Positions 55,895 to 64,000 of a DNA stretch of 64,000 nt are shown piece after piece. Where the stretch lies: contig JBHGNT010000001.1 of the NCBI GenBank assembly GCA_043228905.1, positions 32,984,001 through 33,048,000 on the forward strand, given 5' to 3'. Positions within the stretch are counted from its first letter, which is position 1. Each line of letters starts with the position of its first letter. The stretch comes from Azolla caroliniana. Taxonomy: Eukaryota; Plantae; Polypodiophyta. Made by a program: the position numbers and the translations under genes. Under the pieces are notes generated by a model. The model was not told the DNA's origin and did not search any database. It saw nothing but the letters and a program-made list of their open reading frames with translations.

Positions 55895-57490
55895 TGTTGA
55901 GAATCGAACTCAACTTCCCAGAGAGACAGTGTTCACGCTAGCCAGTGGACATCATACTAGGCTAGATTTGTAATTAGTAGAAAGGGCACTTGCCCTAGAT
56001 CAGTTGGTATTTAAACCAACCTTTTGTAACTTACTTACTGTTGGATGTAATTCTATTTTTTACCTATACAACCTCTTGTTCAACCTCTCTCTCCCTCCCT
56101 CCCTCTGTCTTGCCTTATGTGCAGTCACGCACACATAGAATTCGCTTTTGTTGCATAGCACCACCTATGTCTCACCTTCTTTATATGGTACCAGAGCGTG
56201 TGGTTGTCTAGTCAAACTCACTCAATTGTGTTGTGATCATAACATCGATGCTCAACAGAACCGGTTCAAGCAACAGAGAAAGAAATTGAAATCATAAATA
56301 CTCAGATGGGAAGTGTTATTCCTACGGAGAAGCTCGACGGGACAAACTTTGCATCTTGGGAATACAAGATGCATCAATACCTTGTTGGACAAGGTTATTG
56401 AGCTATATCGAAGGAGCTCATGAAACGCAACCCAACCCAACACACGCTGACTACCCACCGTGGGAGCAGGCCGCAAGCTATGTGTTGTATTGTCTTGCAT
56501 CATGCGTACATGATCATATGTTTGGCTATATTCGAGAGTCAAAAATGCCGAAAGAAGCTTGGGGAAATCTCAAGAAAATTTTTGCGGGCAATACGGCTGC
56601 ACGAAAGCTCCAACTCTGATAGGAGATGAATAACATGCAACAAAGGGATATGTCGATCACCAGCTATACCTTGAAGATCAAGGAGTTGTGCGACACCCTC
56701 AGATCGATCAATGTCGTCGTCGATGATGACGAGATGGTGCAAATATGCCTCGACGGCTTGGCACCTTGATTAAGCACAATTAGATCAGTCATTCTCGCAA
56801 GGGAGAATCCACCTTCCTTTTTCGACCTTCAATCAATACTATTGGTGTAGGAAAATAATGTGAGCAATGCACCTGATGGTCAAATGCTCTACCCCTAGTT
56901 GGATGATAGAAGAGGATTTGGCTGAGGAAATAGAGGTTGACTCGGCCGATGGCGACAAAGTCAGCCGATCCAAGAACACAATGCCTACCAATGGCAAGAT
57001 GGTAGCAGCAATCCTAGAGAGTTCGGCAAAAGGGGGAGCAATCCTGCTGAACCGAGCCATTGTAATAACCCGATCATATGGGGGTATTGTGGAAAACTTG
57101 GCCACAACGAAGAGGGGTGCCGAAACAAGCAACGAGAATCGGCCTCAGTTAGCCGACAACTCATTAACTATGCTTCGAATTCCGACTACGACGATCGTGG
57201 CGGAATGTTCACGATGAGGCAGAAAGTGCACTCAATGTCGACACAAGGTGAGACAAGCACCTCTTCTTCAGATAATGCATGGTTTGTCGACTCAGGACCA
57301 TCCAATCATATGATGTCCCACAAACATTGGTTCTGAGAATTACGAAAGCCCGATCGGCTTGGCTATGTCGAAACCGGAGATGACACAAGTCACTCGATTC
57401 GGCATATCGGAATCCTATTCGGGAACGATGGCAAACAAACTTACCTCAAAAACGTCTTGCGTGTCCCAACCATCACAAAAATCTGGTCTA
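55895..57490 (+). mobile_element. 3'-truncated Ty1/copia retrotransposon (5' LTR, PBS, gag, protease)
   Basis: LTR about 55895-56185 starting TGTTGAG; PBS TGGTACCAGAGC (tRNA-iMet type) at 56186; gag from ATG 56306 (EKLDGTNFASWEYKMHQYLVGQGYW..KEAWGNLKKIF); zinc knuckle YCGKLGHNEEGC; protease AWFVDSGPSNHM. Several stop codons. Confidence 0.92.
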
Positions 57491-57491
57491 A

Positions 57492-57866
57492 GTAACTAAG
57501 TAGTATAGGCAATCTCTTTAGCATTCGACACATTGTATAACCTTTTCTGTAAAAAGCTCTCCTAACTAACTTGTGAGATGAGGAGAAGTCTATGAAATTC
57601 TCTTTTGCAACCGAAACAACACTTAATCTAAGATAAGGTAGGCCTTCTTACAAATGAAATCTTCACCCTATGGAAAATTGGCCTTAGTACATAAATTCTT
57701 GCTTCATATAAGTTTTTCTTTCATACAAAAACCAAAACCAGCATATTGTCAAACAAACACAATCTTCACTTAAATTCTCCATGTTTGAATATGATATTTG
57801 ACTTTACAAATATATTGAATATGATATTTGACTTTGTAGTTACGCGGGAGTGCTAGAACATGTTTT
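57492..57866 (+). repeat. Direct repeat copy A (flotillin upstream region), duplicated at 60931-61388
   Basis: gtaactaag.agtatagg.aa.ctctttagca..aaaaagctctcctaactaa..tgtgagatgaggag..aacaacacttaatctaagataaggt..ttacgcgg(g)agtgctagaacatgtttt is present in both places. Confidence 0.92.
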
Positions 57867-58158
57867 ATATGTGTACTTGGACTATTATGATTCAGGCTAG
57901 ATACATAGGAAGGTTCTTAGCAACATCCTTGCCATAGTTTAGAGTGGGTGATGACACCCTGTCCTTGATGTCTTATATTTAAATGTAATGTCAAATATAG
58001 CATTGCATGCAGACACCATTGAAGATTTGGCCCTGGCCCTGGCATATTAGCATTCAATCCCCATTATTAGCCTTGAGGGTTACTAACAGTTAGGCAATTT
58101 AATTGCATCACAAAATAATTATAAGAAGGTGGTTAATCCCACTAGTGTTTAATCAAAT

Positions 58159-59625
58159 ATGGGGGGGGCCTTATACAAGGTTGCCAAAGCATCGGAGTAC
58201 TTAGTGGTAACGGGATGGGGGATCGAGGATATAAAGCTTGTGAAGAACACATGGATCTATCCCGGGCAACGTTGCTCGGTCCTCGACATCACGCCCGTCA
58301 ACTATTCATTCGATGTCCAGGCAATGAGTGTCGAGAAACTCCCGTTCATATTGCCGGCCGTCTTCACGATCGGTCCACGTGCAGATTCGATGGATGCGCT
58401 CGAGCGATACGCGCGGCTCCTGACGCCGCACGAGAAGCTGTCCAACCACGTGAAGGAGTTGGTCCAGGGGATCATCGAGGGCGAGACTCGGGTGCTGGCG
58501 GCAGGCATGACGATGGAGCAAGTGTTCGCGGGGACGAAGGAGTTCAAGGGCGAGGTGTTCGAGAAGGTGCAGCTGGAGCTGAACGAGTTCGGGCTGCACA
58601 TCTACAATGCCAATGTGAAGCAGCTGGTGGACGTGGTGGGGCACGAGTACTTCTCGTACCTGGGCCAGAAGACGCAGCAGGAGGCGGCGAACCAGGCGAA
58701 GGTGGACGTGGCGGAGGCGACGTACAAGGGCGACGTGGGGTCCAAGGAGCGGGAGGGGCTGACGCGCCAGAACGTGGCCAAAGTGGAGGCGGAGACGAAG
58801 GTGTTCAACAAGACGCAGGAGGCGATGGCGAGGCAGGAGGAGCTGCGGATCGAGGCAAACACGAAGGTGTACGAGAACGCGAGGAAGGCGGAGATACAGG
58901 AGGCGGATGCGGAGCTGGCCAGGAAGGGGGCCAACTGGAAGCTGGAGGTGGACATCGCCAAGGTGGAGGCATCCAAGAAGGTGGCCATCCGGGAGGCGGA
59001 GCTGGAGCGCGAGGTGGCCATACGCAAAGCCTCCGCCCAGACGGAGCGGCTGCGCGCCGACCTGCTCGCGCCCGCCGTGGCCCAGTACGACGTGACGGTC
59101 CAGAAGTCCCAGGGCCATCTGTTCGACAGGCAGCGCCTGGCCGACGGCGACCTGTACGAGCAGGAGCGGGGCGCGGACGCCGCACGTGCCAAGGCCGACG
59201 CCAAGCTCTACGCCGCCATGAAGGATGCCGACGCCAACCTCTACGCCGCCAAGCAGGAGGCGGAGGCCCTGAAAGTGAAGGCCGACGCCGAGGCCGCCTA
59301 CGTCTCCTCCATGATGGCCGCCTTCGCCGGCGACGCGGCCGCCTTCCACAAGTTCCTGCTCATCGATCGGCGCGTGTATCAGGACATGGGCAAGATCAAT
59401 GCGGAGGCCATCCAAGGGCTCAGCCCCAAGATCTCCATCTGGTCCACCACTTCGGATGGCCCATCCTCTGGTTCCCACGGCGGAGGAGGTGGATGGCCAT
59501 CAGGCTCCGGGGGTGTCCAAGACATAGCCAACATATACAAAGCTCTCCCACCCCTGCTTTCCACTGTCCATGAACAAACTGGCATTTCTCCTCCTCCTTG
59601 GTTAGCAACCCTTCCATCCAATTAA
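58159..59625 (+). CDS. FLOT: Flotillin-like protein (SPFH domain), intronless
   Basis: 488-aa ORF: [104 protein letters not shown], coiled coil, [27 protein letters not shown]. All are typical plant flotillin motifs. Confidence 0.97.
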   Translation: MGGALYKVAKASEYLVVTGWGIEDIKLVKNTWIYPGQRCSVLDITPVNYSFDVQAMSVEKLPFILPAVFTIGPRADSMDALERYARLLTPHEKLSNHVKELVQGIIEGETRVLAAGMTMEQVFAGTKEFKGEVFEKVQLELNEFGLHIYNANVKQLVDVVGHEYFSYLGQKTQQEAANQAKVDVAEATYKGDVGSKEREGLTRQNVAKVEAETKVFNKTQEAMARQEELRIEANTKVYENARKAEIQEADAELARKGANWKLEVDIAKVEASKKVAIREAELEREVAIRKASAQTERLRADLLAPAVAQYDVTVQKSQGHLFDRQRLADGDLYEQERGADAARAKADAKLYAAMKDADANLYAAKQEAEALKVKADAEAAYVSSMMAAFAGDAAAFHKFLLIDRRVYQDMGKINAEAIQGLSPKISIWSTTSDGPSSGSHGGGGGWPSGSGGVQDIANIYKALPPLLSTVHEQTGISPPPWLATLPSN

Positions 59626-60441
59626 TTTTTTTTCCTACAAATTATAATGAATGGGGACGCGAGATGCATTATAACTTGTACCACTCCATTCTCATTTGAA
59701 TAAGGCGATCAAAAATCTAATGTTTACCTCAACAACAATGTCATGCCATGGGATGCATCATGAATAACGTAAAATACTCTTTTTAAAATTGGCCGCACTT
59801 GATTGTATGTATGTACACTTGGGGGGATATATATCACCACATCATGTAATCTACTATCTACCTTTGAGGATGTGTTACCACAACATTAATTATATCCTTT
59901 TATCTACTACCGAGCTTTATGTGATATATAACCCATGTTGGATTCACGCTGGAATAGATAGTGGTTCAATATGATTTTGGGAATTGGAATATGATACTGT
60001 CACACGTCCATGGACAACGGTTATGTACAGTTGACAATGAAAATGCACAATCCATGGTGATCTACCCTCACTCTCACTCATTTATATACAACCATTACCT
60101 TGACTTCAATTATACAAGGATTAGGAGCTTCCATTTCAGCATTGCACTGTGGTCATTGCATGCTCACGTTTCTTCCAAGAATGGAGGAGCATGTTGATGG
60201 TGACACATGGAGGAAACGACCCGAGGTGGAACTACCAACCCTCCTGATGGTTGTTTCCCCGTCACCTCCCTCATTCCCTCCTTCCATTGTGGGTCGGGGG
60301 ATCGGGCGTGTGTCGACCAACAAAGGAGGTGGCGCAAGCACGATTGTTGTCTGTAATGTAGTTGTTTTCTCACACATTTTGTGTATAGGCATAGCATACA
60401 GGGCCATCATGGCCATTTTGGAACTCGGACTAGGGAAGATA

Positions 60442-60443
60442 CC

Positions 60444-60514
<71 letters not shown>

Positions 60515-60707
60515 GAGGTGAGCAAAGTAGTTTGGGCACGATAAGGCCCCTTTGAAGGCAAAGGCCCCAATATATATATATATACGAGGTGAGCAAAGTA
60601 GTTTGGGCACGATAAGGCCCCTTTGAAGGCAAAGGCCCCAATATATATATATATATAGGTGAGCAAAGTAGTTTGGGCACAATAAGGCCCCTTTGAAGGC
60701 AAAGGCC

Positions 60708-60750
<43 letters not shown>

Positions 60751-60926
60751 GAGGTGAGCAAAGTAGTTTGGGCACGATAAGGCCCCTTTGAAGGCAAAGG
60801 CCCCAATATATATATATATATATATAGGTGAGCAAAGTAGTTTGGGCACGATAAGGCCCCTTTGAAGGCAAAGGCCCCAATATATATATATGAGATGAGC
60901 AAAGTAGTTTGGGCACGATAAGGCCC
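60442..60926. repeat. Tandem array: 56-bp constant unit x5.6, separated by variable (TA)n tracts
   Basis: Unit (g)aggtgagcaaagtagtttgggcacgataaggcccctttgaaggcaaaggccccaa at about 60515, 60586, 60657, 60751, 60826 and partial at 60892. Confidence 0.97.
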
Positions 60927-60930
60927 ATTT

Positions 60931-61388
60931 GTAACTAAGCAGTATAGGTAACCTCTTTAGCAAGCGGCCACATTGTATAGCCTTTTTTTTAAAAAGCTCT
61001 CCTAACTAATGGGAAAGCAATGTCCTTTTTGAAATAAATAAATAAACAAACTAGCTTGATAACTTTTATAATACAACGTTTCTCATATTACCCACAAGAC
61101 CTGTGAGATGAGGAGCTGTCTATGAAATTCTCTTTTATTTTTCTCTTTTGCAACCAAAACAACACTTAATCTAAGATAAGGTGGCCTTGTTACAAACGAA
61201 ATCTTCACCCCGATTGCAATGTGCTTTTTGGAAAGTTGGCATTAGTGCATAAATTTCTTTCTTCATATAAGTTTTTCTTTCATACAAAAATCAAAATCAA
61301 CATATTGTCAAACAATCTTCACAGAGATTGTCTATGTTTGAATATGATATTTGACTTTGTCGTTACGCGGAGTGCTAGAACATGTTTT
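60931..61388 (+). repeat. Direct repeat copy B of the flotillin upstream region
   Basis: See copy A. Copy B carries about 90 bp extra after cctaactaa. Confidence 0.92.
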
Positions 61389-64000
61389 TTTTTTTTTCCG
61401 AAAAACATCTACTTCCATTAGTTAAGAATGTACAAAGGAATCATTTACAACTCATATCTTACAAGACATCTTGCATGTCAAAGGAAAACAATGTGTAGAT
61501 GAAACAACATAAAAAAACAACTCCAAAACACCACATCATTCTATGTGTATAGCATTACTCGAACACATATTCTCCACTTGAGCCTCATACAAAACAGAAT
61601 TTAGCATAGATGTCCTCCATTCGCTCCTCATGGCAGCACCCATCTAGATGTTAGGAACACTTGGAGGGAACAGCCACCGTGGTGGTTGATAATTCCACTT
61701 TACTTTACCATCCATTATCTGCAGCATCGACGAACCGCTCCATTTCCGAAGGAATCGAGCTCTAGCTTCTTCACTTGCATCAGATGGCCCTTGAAGACTT
61801 TCAAACTCACCTCGCAACGTAGAAATAAGATTAAACCAGATCATCATTAAATTCTCAGCCGGTGGGGTTCGTTTACCTGCGAGGTTCTCCTTGCACTGAG
61901 ATACCCACACTTGCCAGACCGTAAGGCCGACCACTAATACCCATATGTCCACGTAGCGTTCTTGTAAGAAGAATAAACCTCCTTGCGTTGCTGGTTGCAC
62001 AAATCCTTGCTTCACCATTAAAGAAGGACTGTTTCCATTCCACCCTTGAAACCACGAGGCCGATTCAGTGGCCAGCCAAGTGATTGTTGCGCTCGATACA
62101 TGAACCTCAACCCCAAAACGAGCCAAGATTCTTAAGCTCCTCAGCCAGATTTCTTGCGCTCGTGGGCAACACCACAAACAATGAGCGATGTCCTCCAAGT
62201 TTGCACTACACGCCTTGCAACCACTTATGCCGCCTCTATTCCCAAGCCACTCTCCCGTTGGAACAGCCTGATGGGTGATTAACCAGAAAAACACTTTGAT
62301 CCGCTCGGGAAGGGATGAGTTCCATATCCTGCTCCTGGTTCTATCCACGAAGACTGAATCGATAGCTGCATGGGTCCACTTGTTGGCACATTTCTCACGA
62401 TACGAACCTAACTTTCTCCCCAAGCGCGTCGAGTATTCGAAGAAACCTAGTGATTTAGCTTGTTCTCCCTTCCACCTATATTCAGTGGGATCCCATTCTA
62501 TGCGCTCGAGAGGCTTGCCTTCAACCACGTACAAGATCCAATCCTCCTCGACCTCTTCGACTGGTGGATTCACCTTCCATTTCTTTCCGTGTCTTGCCAC
62601 AATTCTAATAGGGTACCAGCCTGCACTTTCATCTAATAATCCCATCAGGACGGTCTTCCCACTCTTTCCTAGACCCCTGACATTGATAATATTTCCGGTA
62701 CCATCACATTATCCAGACCATTCACCCTCTTCCTCATTACCAATAGGAAGCGAGGAGACAGCTGTATTGACTACGTCAAGCATCTTTCTGCCATTTCTGA
62801 CCTTTCCCATGTCTTCATATAATTGATCACGATTATTGCCGGACAACCGCAGCCAATCAGCCACCGAGTGTATCCCTAGACAATGCAATATAGCCCACGG
62901 CATGCGCTTGCTTTGTCCAAGCATCATTCCTTCTGGAGATTGCACGGTCTCGTTCCACAATAGGGGTTGGCGCATCCATTCAACACTAGTACTTGGACGA
63001 TTCCGACTTAGATGCCCACGAAGCATACTCCACGCCTGCATCACTGACATACAAGTACGATCAGCCAATCGGTTAGATTTCCTCAATTTTAAGTCCATGC
63101 AAAAAGGCCACGTTTTGTGTGACTTCCATTGCCCACCCAGTCTTGGACTCCATAGAATGCTCCTATTATGTATCAATGTTTTCCATAACTCATCACTGGG
63201 TAGCAAGCTTCTTACCAATATCTTACATAACAATGCCTGACTCTGCAATCCAGGGTCAACCAATCCTAAACCCCCCTTACTCTTGGGAAGAATCAATGTG
63301 GACCATGATACTTTGGCTGCCGCATTGTCTTTCCTCATCCCAGCCCAAAGAAATCCCCTAATACACGCTATAACAGTGCGAATAGCTTGCTTGTCAAACA
63401 TCCACACTGAAACTGCATGCCATAATGCAGACAAAAGCACATGGTTAGCTACTATGATCCTGCCAGCCAATGATAAGTTCATCCCTGACCAGTTGCGAAT
63501 TTTGTCACAGATTTTGCTTTGAATATGTTGCAACTGAATTCCCTTGTCGATATCTACCCCAATCCACGTTCCCAGATACCTAGTGGCTTCCCCGTTTGCA
63601 ATCCATTTGAATTCAACATTTGGCTTCCAAACAGGCTCGGGCTCCAAGCTGATCCAAAAACCCTTGGACTTCTTCCAATTAATGGACGCTCCCGATGCCT
63701 TGCAAAAGAGCTCAATAGCACTCTGTGCCCTCTCAAGATTCGCTTCATTTCCTTGGAAGTATAGCATTGTATCGTCCGCGAACTCCGAATCCAGCAGGGA
63801 CTTCCTTGCATTAGGGATCGAAAGACCATGAAGATTTGCCCCTTGGCTATTAAAAAGGGCAGACATTGCTTCAGTAATAAAAAGGAAAAGAAAGGGGGCT
63901 CCTTGCCACCGGTTCTTAAAGGCCACTTGTCGTTGCCACAGAACATCATCTGAACCCTGCAAATCATCATATTGACCATGTAGTGTGTGAACAAACAACA
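61385..64000 (-). mobile_element. Young LINE (L1/Tx1-like) ORF2 3' half with poly(A) tail
   Basis: APFLFLF, SEFADDT, GASINWKKS, RYLGTWIG, LSLAGRIIVANHVL, PKSKGGLGL, zf-RVT CKAC..HCLWCC. ORFs 62709-63998 and 61644-62645 are in the same frame, separated by a single TAA. T13 at 61385-61397 is the poly(A) tail. Confidence 0.95.

Noticed and set aside
58215-59573. 452-aa (+) and 390-aa (-) ORFs overlapping flotillin
   Set aside because: Shadow ORFs caused by extreme GC3 bias (few stops); low-complexity G/R/A or L/H/V products.
60442-60926. True CRISPR array
   Set aside because: Spacers are only (TA)n with no unique information, the repeat is longer than typical, there are no cas genes, and the context is a plant nuclear genome.
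60153-60963. YIYI-rich ORFs of 173-249 aa
   Set aside because: Translations of the (TA)n/56-bp tandem array.

Overview
Eukaryotic, intron-containing land-plant nuclear DNA. The LINE types, microsatellite load and compact gene spacing suggest a seed-free vascular plant such as a fern, but that is inference only. Seven protein-coding genes can be reconstructed: a QUA2/PMT4-5-clade SAM methyltransferase (-), a split-barrel pyridoxamine-oxidase-like/DUF2470 protein (-), FACT subunit SSRP1 (+), a non-LEC1 NF-YB (+), Rieske PetC (-), a nardilysin-like M16 peptidase (-) and an intronless, very GC-rich flotillin (+). The intergenic DNA holds LINE remnants, a truncated Ty1/copia element, a hAT-like fragment and many microsatellites and local duplications. 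The most notable observations are: (1) three related LINE copies that all end in (GA)n, two of them sandwiched between (GA)n tracts, suggesting a microsatellite-targeting or microsatellite-tailed LINE family; (2) an array of a conserved 56-bp unit separated by variable (TA)n spacers; (3) a decayed 25S rRNA 3' end inside a divergent promoter and a mitochondrial rrn18 fragment inside an SSRP1 intron; (4) a duplicated flotillin upstream region interrupted at TTTT/A by a young, chimeric LINE. Exon coordinates were read by eye and may be off by a few bases.
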